Virus record (IMG/VR): IMGVR_UViG_3300020147_000023
Span: 1-26,864 of that record
From: a virus
Taxonomy: Duplodnaviria > Caudoviricetes
Strand: one strand, 5' to 3'
Length of the DNA stretch: 26,864 nt
Shown: one piece after another, positions 8,349 through 17,122 of the stretch
Position numbering within the stretch: the stretch's first letter is position 1
How the letters are laid out: each line of letters opens with the position of its first letter
Position numbers and translations under genes: made by a program
Notes under the pieces: generated by a model
The model's database searches: none
The model's input: only the letters and a program-made list of their open reading frames with translations
What the model was told of the DNA's origin: nothing

Positions 8349-10631
8349 ATGGCCTCAATCTTCGACAACATCGTGGCTCCCGGGCAGCGCGCCAATGTTC
8401 CGCAGGTCAGCACGCGATCGGCGGGGCTATCCGGGCAAGTCACCGCTCCCGCGTTCCGACAGGACCCGGTGTCTCAGCAACGCGGCAACGTCCTATCGGG
8501 TCAGGTCGGTAATCTCGGGGCATCGGCGCCCACGAGCAACCCGTTTGCGCCCAGGCCAGCGGCGCAAGGCCCCGCGCAGTCGGCCGCTCCTGCGACGCCG
8601 ATGATTGCCAGCGCCGCGCCCGTCGTCGACCAGGGCGTTTTTGGCGGGCCGCTCGCGCAGGGCATGTACACGCAGAGCGAGCAGATGCAGAGCCAGCACT
8701 GGCAGGCGAAGCCGCTGGTACAAGCATCTCAGGCGCTCGGAGCCAACATCCAGAATCAGGGCTCGGCGGTCGCGAACCAGCAGCAAGCTCAGGCCGGCGC
8801 ATTCAACGCAGCGGGTCAGAACTTCAAGGCCGGCGCCCAATCGGTGGCCCCGCGCTTCGACATCGGCGCGAGCGTCCCGACGTACGGCGGCACGGCGGCC
8901 CCGCGCGCGCTGAGCACGAGCCAGCTGGGAGGCACGCCGCAAGCGGCGAGCGTCGGCAATGTCAACCCGGGCTCGCTCGGAGCAATCTCCAACGTCGCGG
9001 GGCAGCTGGGCGGCGGCTACCAAGTGGGTAACGTCGGTGGCATCGCGGGGCAGCTGGGCGCCGCGCCGACGGTCGGTCAGGTCGGGAACATCCAGATGCA
9101 GGCGGGCCCGGGCGCGATCGCGGGGCAGCTCGGCAACCAGGGCGCATTCAACGCGGACCAGGCCGGCATGCTCCAGCGCTTGAACGGCTTCCTCGACGCT
9201 CCCGACGGGCCGAGCGTCGCGGAGGCTCAGCTCCAGCAGGCGCAATCCGACAACATGGCCAACCTCATTGGCGCGGCGCGGTCGGGGCGCGGCGGCGCCG
9301 GCTCTCAAGCTCAGGCGCTCCGCGGCGCGATGAGCGAGGGTAGCGCGATCATGAGCGACACCGCCGGCCAGCTTGCGACGCTCCGCGCGCAAGAGGCCGA
9401 CATGCTCAAAAACCGCCAGCTCTCTGCCATCGGTCTCGGTGGACAGATGAGCGAGGCGCAGCGCGCGCAGGACCTCGGATTCCGCGGCCAGAATCTGAGC
9501 GCGCTCCAGGGTGACCAGAGCGTCGCCCTAGGCTCGCGCGGCCAGGACCTTCAGGCGGCAATGGCCAACCAGGGCACCCAGACGGCGCTCGAGCAGCTCC
9601 AGGCCCAGACGGCGCTCGGCGCCAGGGGCCAGAACCTCTCGGCGCTCCAGGGTGACCAGAGCACGGCGCTCGGGCTCGAGGGACTCCGCGCGCAGACGGC
9701 GGTCAACCAGCGCGGCCAGGACCTCGGGGCGCTCACCGCCGACCAGCAGGCGTCCGTTGCCGCTCGCGGGCAGAACCTCTCGGCGCTCCAGGGCAATCAG
9801 TCGACGGCGGCTCAGATGGGCCTCGGTAACCTCCAGGCGCAGCTCGGGGCGCGCGGTCAGGACCTGTCGCTGCTCCAGGGCAATCAGCAGACGGCGCTCG
9901 GCGCGCGTGGCCAGGACGTGTCGCGTGAGCTCGGGATCGCCAACGTCAACATGGGCATGCGCGGCCAGGACGCGGGCGTGTTGATGGCGGACGCTGACCG
10001 CAATCTTGCGGGACAACGGCTGGGTCTGGACGCAGGGCTCGGTTACGGCGGGCTCGCGAATCAGGCCAATGCGACCGGCTTGAACTTCCTCAGCCAGGCG
10101 AATCAGCAGGGCCTGGCGGGCCAGGGACTCGCCAACGACCTGACGCAGTCGCTGCTGGCGAATCAGACGAGCCTGATCAACACGGACGTTGGCGGCCGGT
10201 ACGGCGTTCGCTCGGCTGATGCCGGTTCACCTGACCAGATGGGATTCGGCGAGCAGCTGGCGCTGAACACTATCGGTGGGCTAGCTGGCGGCGCCGGGCA
10301 AGCGCTAGGCAAGGTCGCGCTCAGCGACGAGCGCGCGAAGGAAAGCATCCAGGGCCTGGATAGCATCAAGGCAAAACTGGACGAGCACCTTCGTGCCGCG
10401 CCAGCCCACGGCTACCGTTACCGCCCTGGATTCGGCGAGGATACCGAGACGGAGCGCGCCGGTCCCATGGCGCAGGACCTCGAGCGCTCGCCATTCGGGC
10501 GCGACATAGTCAAGGTCGGCGCAGACGGCTACCGGCGAGTCGACACCGGGCGGCTCGCGCTGGTCAACCACGCCGCGCTCAGCAGCATGCGCAGCGAGCT
10601 CGACGCGCTCAAGAAGCAGCTGGAGGCCTGA
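8349..10631 (+). CDS. Ejection (DNA pilot) protein with C-terminal peptidase S74 intramolecular chaperone domain
   Basis: Gln/Gly/Ala-rich body with RGQ(D/N)L repeats. C-terminal SDERAKESI...Y.Y......GPMAQDLE...VD..coiled coil matches the S74 autocleavage domain pattern. Confidence 0.8.
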   Translation: MASIFDNIVAPGQRANVPQVSTRSAGLSGQVTAPAFRQDPVSQQRGNVLSGQVGNLGASAPTSNPFAPRPAAQGPAQSAAPATPMIASAAPVVDQGVFGGPLAQGMYTQSEQMQSQHWQAKPLVQASQALGANIQNQGSAVANQQQAQAGAFNAAGQNFKAGAQSVAPRFDIGASVPTYGGTAAPRALSTSQLGGTPQAASVGNVNPGSLGAISNVAGQLGGGYQVGNVGGIAGQLGAAPTVGQVGNIQMQAGPGAIAGQLGNQGAFNADQAGMLQRLNGFLDAPDGPSVAEAQLQQAQSDNMANLIGAARSGRGGAGSQAQALRGAMSEGSAIMSDTAGQLATLRAQEADMLKNRQLSAIGLGGQMSEAQRAQDLGFRGQNLSALQGDQSVALGSRGQDLQAAMANQGTQTALEQLQAQTALGARGQNLSALQGDQSTALGLEGLRAQTAVNQRGQDLGALTADQQASVAARGQNLSALQGNQSTAAQMGLGNLQAQLGARGQDLSLLQGNQQTALGARGQDVSRELGIANVNMGMRGQDAGVLMADADRNLAGQRLGLDAGLGYGGLANQANATGLNFLSQANQQGLAGQGLANDLTQSLLANQTSLINTDVGGRYGVRSADAGSPDQMGFGEQLALNTIGGLAGGAGQALGKVALSDERAKESIQGLDSIKAKLDEHLRAAPAHGYRYRPGFGEDTETERAGPMAQDLERSPFGRDIVKVGADGYRRVDTGRLALVNHAALSSMRSELDALKKQLEA

Positions 10632-12652
10632 TGTTCCGAGGATTCGAGCCAGACCCCGAGATTTCAGATCCAACCGACCCGGATTTCGGGACCGGCATCT
10701 GGCAGTACGAGGACGGCACGAGCATGTACGGCCAAGGCGACCCGGAGGAAGCTCGGCGCTTGTACAAGCCACCGGCGCCCCCGCCCGCGCGCGAAGCGCC
10801 CGAGCCGCCACCGATGCTCGCCAGGCCCGAGACTGCGCCGGTCGATCAGCAGACACAGCGTCCCGCCGCGGCCCCAGCTCCCGCCGAGCCCGAATCCAGC
10901 ATCCGCATCCCGAAGGCGAGCCGCATCGCCTACGTGCACAACAATCCGGGCAACCTCAAATACGTGGGCCAGGCCGGGGCGTCGCGTGGAGAGCCAGCGG
11001 AGGATGGTGGGCACTGGGCCGCGTTCGAGTCGCCCGAGGATGGTATCGCTGCGCTGAACCGGCAGGTGGAGATCGACGCCGCGCGCGGCAAGACCGTGGG
11101 TGAGTTCATCACCAAGTACGCGCCACCCTCGAGCAACGACACGAGCCTGTACATCCAGCAGGCCAGCGCCTCGCTCGGCGCGGACCCGAGCGTGAAGCTC
11201 GCCGACCTGCCACGGGACCGCGTGGTCGCGTTCATGGCGCAAAAGGAGAGCGGGACGGAGCTGGGAGGCTCGGGCCTGCCTGAGCAGAGCGCCGCGCGGC
11301 GCGCCCCGGGCGCCGGCTTGCCCGGCTCCTTTCAGGGGATGCCCGCCGCCACAGCGGAGATTCGCGGGACTCCGCTCTCTCCCGAGCAGCTCCAGGCGAA
11401 TCAGCAGGGCGTATACGACCGCACCATGAGCGCGGCCGGCGCCGTCCAGGCAGCGACCCAGGCGCGACTGGAGGGCCGCGAGGAGGCGCTCGCCGTCGTC
11501 CAGGCCAACCACCAGTCATTCATGGGCGACCAGCAGCGCCAGCTCCAGGCGCGCACGGCAGCGAAGCTAGAGGCCGAGCAAAACATCAAGACAGCCATGG
11601 CTACCCAGCTCGACCCGGGCCGACTCATCAAGCAGATGAGCACGGGAGATGTGATTCTCGGAGCCGTCGCGCTCGCGCTCGGCGGGCTCGGCCAGACGCT
11701 CCAGCAGCGCGGCGGGCAGCGCGGCGCCACGAACGGCGCGCTCGACATGATGCAGAAGGCGATCGACAACGACATCGAGCAGCAGAAGGAAGACAAGAAG
11801 AGCCGCGTTGCACACTGGACGCGCGTGTTCGGTGACGAGGAGATGGGTATCAAGGCCGCGCGCGCGGAGATGTACAACGCGGCGGGCCAGTTCGCTCAGT
11901 TCCAGGCGCAGCAAAAGGCAACCAACGCGGATATCCAGGCGCAGATGCTGCAGGATTCAGCGGCGCTCATGGCCAAGGGCCAGGCTGAGGTTCAGGGGCT
12001 CGTGGACAAGGAGAACGAGCGAGTCAGCATCCGGTACGCGCCTCCGCCGCCGCCTCCGGCTGGTGCCGGAGCAATCGACGCCTTCGCCAAGCAGCTCGCT
12101 GCGCGCAAGGCATACGAGGATGCGGGCGCGACGCCCGAACAGCTCTCGGCCTTCGACAAGGCCATGGGCATCCCAAGCCCGGCCGGTGAAAGCGTCCGTT
12201 CACAGAAGACGCGAGAGGACAAGGAGGCCGTGGCGCGCAAGGATCAGGAGCTGTCCGAGTCGGAAGGCAAAGCCGAGGCAGCGTGGCAGACGGTCATAGA
12301 GTTCGGGAAGTCCGTCGGTCTCCAGCGCGATCCGAAGACTGGAGCATTGATTGTTCCGGACGGCTTCAAGGGCATGCAAGCGCCGGGGCTGCAAGAGGTG
12401 GTCCCTGGACTGCTGGGCAAAGGCAAGCCCATCGAGGCGGCCCGTCGCGTGGCGATGGATGGGCTGGTCCGCCTCCAGACGGGCGCTGCGATATCCGAGT
12501 CGGAACTAAAGTTCTACACCGATGTACTCGGTGACGAGGACGCGACACGCGCTGAGATCGCGACCAACCTGAACGCGCTCGAAGCGCTCATTCAGTCCCG
12601 CCGCAAACAGAGCCGCGTCGGCGCCCCTGGCGCCCCGAGCTCGTGGAAGTGA
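10631..12652 (+). CDS. Ejection/internal virion protein with a lysozyme-like (NNPGNL) peptidoglycan-hydrolase-type domain
   Basis: HNNPGNLK...AAFESPEDGIAAL...TVGEFITKYAPPSSNDT..Y motif set, followed by helical Gln/Ala-rich regions and a hydrophobic segment VILGAVALALGGLG. Confidence 0.72.
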   Translation: MFRGFEPDPEISDPTDPDFGTGIWQYEDGTSMYGQGDPEEARRLYKPPAPPPAREAPEPPPMLARPETAPVDQQTQRPAAAPAPAEPESSIRIPKASRIAYVHNNPGNLKYVGQAGASRGEPAEDGGHWAAFESPEDGIAALNRQVEIDAARGKTVGEFITKYAPPSSNDTSLYIQQASASLGADPSVKLADLPRDRVVAFMAQKESGTELGGSGLPEQSAARRAPGAGLPGSFQGMPAATAEIRGTPLSPEQLQANQQGVYDRTMSAAGAVQAATQARLEGREEALAVVQANHQSFMGDQQRQLQARTAAKLEAEQNIKTAMATQLDPGRLIKQMSTGDVILGAVALALGGLGQTLQQRGGQRGATNGALDMMQKAIDNDIEQQKEDKKSRVAHWTRVFGDEEMGIKAARAEMYNAAGQFAQFQAQQKATNADIQAQMLQDSAALMAKGQAEVQGLVDKENERVSIRYAPPPPPPAGAGAIDAFAKQLAARKAYEDAGATPEQLSAFDKAMGIPSPAGESVRSQKTREDKEAVARKDQELSESEGKAEAAWQTVIEFGKSVGLQRDPKTGALIVPDGFKGMQAPGLQEVVPGLLGKGKPIEAARRVAMDGLVRLQTGAAISESELKFYTDVLGDEDATRAEIATNLNALEALIQSRRKQSRVGAPGAPSSWK

Positions 12653-12653
12653 A

Positions 12654-15600
12654 ATGCCCGTATTCGTAGACCCACGGTCCGGAGAGGTTTACTCCAACGT
12701 CCCCGACGAAGAGGCGGACCGCGCGCGGCGCGAGTTCGGGCTGGTCTCGCAGGAAGAGTACGACCACCAGCAGGCGGTAGAGAGCTCCGATGAGGGCTTT
12801 GGCTCGGCCGTCGCTGGTGGCTTCCAGCGCGGGCTGGGCATGATCGGAGACGCGCTCGAGGGCTTCACGCCCCCCGCGGTCGGCAGCGACGCATTCGGCG
12901 CGGGCGGCCCGGCTCCGATGGGAGCGCCAGCGGCCGCTGTCCAGAGCGGCGAAGAGACATTCCCGGGCGCCTACGACGAGCAGGCGCGGCTTCAGCGCGA
13001 GGCGCGGCCATTCGCCGCCGGGCTCGGGACGAGCCTTGCTGCGGCTCCGCTCGCCGCCATGGCGGGGGCTGGCGCGGTCGCCGCCGCACCGGGGTTCGGT
13101 GCCGTCCTCGGGACGACCGCAGGCGGAATCGTCGCGGAGGCCGGCGTAGAAGCGGTCGCTCAGGAATACGACGACGCCTGGTTCGAGCAGCGGCCGTACG
13201 AGCTGAAGAACGTCGCCGCCAACACGCTCGCTTTCTCCGGCGTTGACTTCATGTTCCGAGGCGCGCTCAAGGGCATCGGCTCCGTGTTCGCAAAGGACCC
13301 CGTCAAGCCCGCCGGCGCCATCGGTGGGCGCAACGTCGTCAGCGAGGCGCAAGGCGCGGCGCGAGAGATGGTCGACCCAGTCGGCGGCGGAAGCGTGGGC
13401 GCAGCGCGCGCGGCTGACCTCGAGGACGAATTCACGCCGGCCATCTCTCAGATGTCCGATAGCGAGGCGGCGACCCTCGCTCGGGACGCGGACGACCACA
13501 TATTCCTCGTGGCTCAGGATGCGTCCGAATCGTTCACGCGCCTCAACAACGGGCTCTCCGATGACCTCGGCAACCAGCTGAAATACGAGGATATTGGGAC
13601 GTACGCCCAGGAGTGGGAGGCCCCTCTGCTGGAGCGCCAAGCGAAGTGGGCAACGACCGTGTCAGAGGGCGCCGAGGACGGCATCGCGGCGATCCAGCAG
13701 AGCAAGTACTCCCTCGGCAATTTCGGCAAGCGAGCCGAGGAGACGCTCGACACGTTCACCCGGCGCATCGCCGTCGAGCCCGACGCCGGCAATCGCATGG
13801 TCGCGCTCGACGAGTTCAAGCGGCGGCTCGACCGGCTCAGCAAGAGCATCGACGCGAGCGACCTGGACGCCATCGCGAAGGAAGAGCTGAAGTCTGCCAT
13901 CATCCCGACGCGGGAGGGGCTACGGAAAGGGCTCACGGACCCCAAGCTATTCGGTGGCGCAGCTGACCTACAGCGCTCGCTCAACGTCCCCTGGACGACC
14001 ATGCTCGAAAGCTGGAGCAAGGTTCAGAACACGCTCACCGAGGCGACCGGTCACATCAAGTTCGATACGACCGGCGCCGGGCGCATCACGCGCGAGTCGA
14101 CCGTCGACCGCATGTTCGCGATGGCCCAAAAGGACCCGCGCCGCAACCAGGAATTCGGTAAGCATCTTGGGCAGGTGTTCGACGGGCTGAACGGGCTCAT
14201 CGAGGCTCGGCAGGCGCACGGCATCGCCCGCAAAGACGGTCTCGATGCGCTCGCTACCGACGTCCGCAATCTGATGGAGGATTGGAACCTCGCGACCACC
14301 ATCGGTGTCGCAAAGAACCGGGTTGACGCCATGAAGCGCGACCCGCGCAAGTGGGCCACGCTGGCCGCCAACATCGGCGAGCGGTTGCCTATCGTCGGTC
14401 AGCCCATTCAGCTGGCGCGTGGGCTCAGCGCCGCTTTCACAGACCTGAACCTCCCAAAGAACAGCGCGCTCGGAAAGGTGTGGGACCGGGCCTATCGGCG
14501 CTATGCGATGAATCCCGTGTACAGCGACCCGGCCATCATTCGGAACTATCCCGACTGGATCGCCGAATCGCTCCGCTCGCGAGGTGGGCGCATTCCGCCG
14601 GGCGGCTCCGGCATGATGGGTGGCACGAGTGTGCCGTCGGCTCCCGTTGCCGCCGCCAACGATGTCATGACCGGCGTGGCCCAACCTAGCCCCGCCTACC
14701 AGCGCGCTAAGGCCATCATTGAAAAGCGCGGCGAGGCCGGCTCGGTGCAGCTCAGCGGCAGCGTGCGCGGCAAGCCCGGCTTCGCTGACCTGCCAGAGGG
14801 CGCTCAGTCGTCCCTGTCGCACGCCGCCATGGGTGCGCCGCAGACGGCGTTCACCAAGGAGGCCAAGGATGAGGTCCGTGCCGGGCTCAAGGCCAACCGC
14901 ATCATCTCCGAGTCGGACCGGAAGCTCGCTCTCGACTTCGTTGACTCGATTCCCGACGAGCTCCAGTGGAATGGCAAGCTCGCGCGCAAGTACGGTCGCC
15001 TCGTTGGGCGCCGCGGCGAGGGCGGCGAATTCCGCGACGAGTTGATGCGCCACGTCGAGGGACGCCTGATACCCGACGATCCGATGATGCAGCGCCTCTA
15101 CCACGACCGGAAGATGCGCGACGCATTCCTCCGCGGCGTCGACCAGGGCGCGAGCGAGCTGGAGAAGACAGGTAGGCCGCTCGACTCCAGCGCGTTCCGG
15201 TCGATCAAGGAGACGCTCGCCAAGCACGACTCTCAGAGCGGCTCCGTGAATATCGGTGTCGGCCCAAACTTCTCCCTCGCCGACGTGGCCAAGAGCCCGA
15301 TGGGCGTGGTCGCTGGCGCAGGCGGCGCTGGGCTCGCCATCAATGCCGCCGTCCAGGCGCGCGCAGCCGAGCCGCCGCAGTCGCCAGAGGTGGCCTACCG
15401 TGACGCGCTCCTGGAGATCGACCGCGCCGGGCAACAGCAGGTCAAGACGCTGGCCTCGGAGGCGCTCCGAAAGAAGCCTTCGCGGGGCAAAGACCGGGAC
15501 CCGCTCGTGCTGTTCGCTGGAAAGCGCAAGATCCAGGATGCCGTCGAGGAGGCTCGCGAGCGACTGGACGAGATCGCCGCCGACCCGACCACGCTGCTCC

Positions 15601-16184
15601 AGCAGGTCGGTGGCAGCTCCGGCGAGCTCGGTCGCACCCATCCTTCCGTGTACATGGCCGTCACCGAGAAAGCCGCACAGGTCGCGGCGTACCTCCAGGC
15701 GGTCATCCCGCAACGCACGGTCACGACACTGCTTGACCCCGTGGGAGCAGCTCCGTCATTCGACCGGGCATGGGACTTCGCTGCACGGTTCGTCGGGGCC
15801 ACCCAGCCGCGCGTCGCGCTCCGGGAGATCGTCCGCGGGGCGGCGCCGCCCGAGATGCTCGAGGCAGTTCAGCAGAACTGGCCCGAGCTATGGGACGGAT
15901 TCCGCGCTGAAACACTCGGCCAGATCCAGCGCATGCACATGTCCGGCCGTCACATCCCGTCCGAAAAGCTCCGCCGACTGGATTCGCTGCTCGGTCTGCG
16001 AGGGCAACTCGACCCGACGGCGGCGCCCGAGTTCACGGCTCACATGCTCGCGGCTCAGGACGCAGAGCTGGCGCGTCGGCAGGAAGGCGGGCAAGCTAGT
16101 GGCGCGGTCCCCGGTGGCGGCTCGGGCGCGGCGTCGTTCAGGACGCGGCTCGACGCGATCAACAACGAAAGGCAGATGGGATGA
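12654..16184 (+). CDS. Large ejection/internal virion protein
   Basis: 1176 aa, helical and Ala-rich, with a Gly/Ala hydrophobic segment near the N-terminus. Third gene of the ejection cluster. No catalytic motif recognised. Confidence 0.65.
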   Translation: MPVFVDPRSGEVYSNVPDEEADRARREFGLVSQEEYDHQQAVESSDEGFGSAVAGGFQRGLGMIGDALEGFTPPAVGSDAFGAGGPAPMGAPAAAVQSGEETFPGAYDEQARLQREARPFAAGLGTSLAAAPLAAMAGAGAVAAAPGFGAVLGTTAGGIVAEAGVEAVAQEYDDAWFEQRPYELKNVAANTLAFSGVDFMFRGALKGIGSVFAKDPVKPAGAIGGRNVVSEAQGAAREMVDPVGGGSVGAARAADLEDEFTPAISQMSDSEAATLARDADDHIFLVAQDASESFTRLNNGLSDDLGNQLKYEDIGTYAQEWEAPLLERQAKWATTVSEGAEDGIAAIQQSKYSLGNFGKRAEETLDTFTRRIAVEPDAGNRMVALDEFKRRLDRLSKSIDASDLDAIAKEELKSAIIPTREGLRKGLTDPKLFGGAADLQRSLNVPWTTMLESWSKVQNTLTEATGHIKFDTTGAGRITRESTVDRMFAMAQKDPRRNQEFGKHLGQVFDGLNGLIEARQAHGIARKDGLDALATDVRNLMEDWNLATTIGVAKNRVDAMKRDPRKWATLAANIGERLPIVGQPIQLARGLSAAFTDLNLPKNSALGKVWDRAYRRYAMNPVYSDPAIIRNYPDWIAESLRSRGGRIPPGGSGMMGGTSVPSAPVAAANDVMTGVAQPSPAYQRAKAIIEKRGEAGSVQLSGSVRGKPGFADLPEGAQSSLSHAAMGAPQTAFTKEAKDEVRAGLKANRIISESDRKLALDFVDSIPDELQWNGKLARKYGRLVGRRGEGGEFRDELMRHVEGRLIPDDPMMQRLYHDRKMRDAFLRGVDQGASELEKTGRPLDSSAFRSIKETLAKHDSQSGSVNIGVGPNFSLADVAKSPMGVVAGAGGAGLAINAAVQARAAEPPQSPEVAYRDALLEIDRAGQQQVKTLASEALRKKPSRGKDRDPLVLFAGKRKIQDAVEEARERLDEIAADPTTLLQQVGGSSGELGRTHPSVYMAVTEKAAQVAAYLQAVIPQRTVTTLLDPVGAAPSFDRAWDFAARFVGATQPRVALREIVRGAAPPEMLEAVQQNWPELWDGFRAETLGQIQRMHMSGRHIPSEKLRRLDSLLGLRGQLDPTAAPEFTAHMLAAQDAELARRQEGGQASGAVPGGGSGAASFRTRLDAINNERQMG

Positions 16185-16480
16185 GCGTTGCAGCAGGAGA
16201 CGGGCGCATCAATGTGCGCAGGAACGTCACGGCAGGGTCACTGCTGGGCGTGGGTGGCGCGCCCAAGAGACGGGCGAGCACGCTGCTCATCATGAACGAG
16301 TCAATCGACACGCCAGGCACGGCGGTAGTGTCTGGAGATGACGGCGTCGAATACACGGTCGATGTACCAGTGTCGTCCACGGTGGAGATGTGCGGCGACT
16401 TCGAAACGCTCGGCGCACTGACCGGCGTCTCGGTCATCGCAGGCTGGGTCGACGATGGGAGCGTGCAGCGCAATGGCTGA
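16181..16480 (+). CDS. Hypothetical small beta-rich (virion?) protein
   Basis: ATGA overlap with the upstream gene. GC3-biased codons. Confidence 0.6.
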   Translation: MSVAAGDGRINVRRNVTAGSLLGVGGAPKRRASTLLIMNESIDTPGTAVVSGDDGVEYTVDVPVSSTVEMCGDFETLGALTGVSVIAGWVDDGSVQRNG

Positions 16481-17018
16481 CCAGAAGAAGCCGGCGCAAC
16501 CCGCGCCAGTCGAACAGCTCATCGCTCGGTTCCAACTCGAGACCGACCGCGCTCTGGCCGCAATCCGCGAGGACATGGGCCGCGCAATCGGCGACCTGGC
16601 TCGCAAGGTGGCCACCTTGGACGACCGCTTCACCGAGATGCGGGACGCCGCGTCGCGCCAGGCCGTCGCGCTCGACTCCGGGTTGCACCACACCCGTAAG
16701 GCCGTCGAAGAGGTCAACGAGGCCATGAAGGTCGCCGCACGGAGCGCACAGGAGGCCCGCGATTCGGCGCTGGTCTACGAGAAGCTGAAGGAGTCGCAAC
16801 CCGACTTCACGCGGCAGGTTCAGGCGCTCGAGGTGCGACTTGCCGCCGTCGTCGACTCGAACGCGCATCTTCAGGAACAGGTCACCAGGCTCGTTGGGCA
16901 GGTCGAAGATTTCGAGGTCGTTGCCGACTCGTTCGACGAGGTCAGCGGCGAAGTGCGAGGGCTCGACCTGCAGGTCAAGAAGCTCGACACGCTGACCAGG
17001 ACGAGCAGGTCGCTCTAG
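16473..17018 (+). CDS. Hypothetical long coiled-coil protein
   Basis: ATG 16473 overlaps the end of the upstream gene. Continuous heptad-like pattern. Confidence 0.7.
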   Translation: MADQKKPAQPAPVEQLIARFQLETDRALAAIREDMGRAIGDLARKVATLDDRFTEMRDAASRQAVALDSGLHHTRKAVEEVNEAMKVAARSAQEARDSALVYEKLKESQPDFTRQVQALEVRLAAVVDSNAHLQEQVTRLVGQVEDFEVVADSFDEVSGEVRGLDLQVKKLDTLTRTSRSL

Positions 17019-17019
17019 G

Positions 17020-17119
17020 ATCAGCGTTAGAACGTCCGGTATGCTACCAAGCCGCACCCTACGCTGAGTGACAGCGTAGCTGGATTCGAACCAGCGCCTC
17101 CGGACACGTCGACACAGAT
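17020..17119 (-). ncRNA. yrlA: Circularly permuted tRNA-like RNA, YrlA-type bacterial Y RNA candidate
   Basis: Minus-strand order: GTCCGG - AGGC - T arm GCTGG TTCGAAT CCAGC - acceptor-like stem TACGCTG/CAGCGTA closed by loop TCACT - GG - D arm GTGC GGCTTGGTA GCAT - A - CCGGAC. The 5' and 3' ends pair further and the 5' strand carries GTCGA. Confidence 0.78.
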
Positions 17120-17122
17120 AGC

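Noticed and set aside
9480-9920. CRISPR-like spaced DNA repeats
   Set aside because: The repeats are degenerate at synonymous positions, in frame, and encode protein repeats. No cas genes.
13968-15713. 581-aa minus-strand ORF (also 18685-20238, 12588-13640, 6282-7247, 8493-9392 and others)
   Set aside because: These are antisense shadows of well-supported plus-strand genes, as expected in high-GC DNA, and carry no motifs.
17034-17105. Canonical tRNA, second att site or simple bidirectional terminator
   Set aside because: The arms are in permuted order with a closed acceptor stem and no anticodon loop or CCA. No U-tract follows the hairpins.
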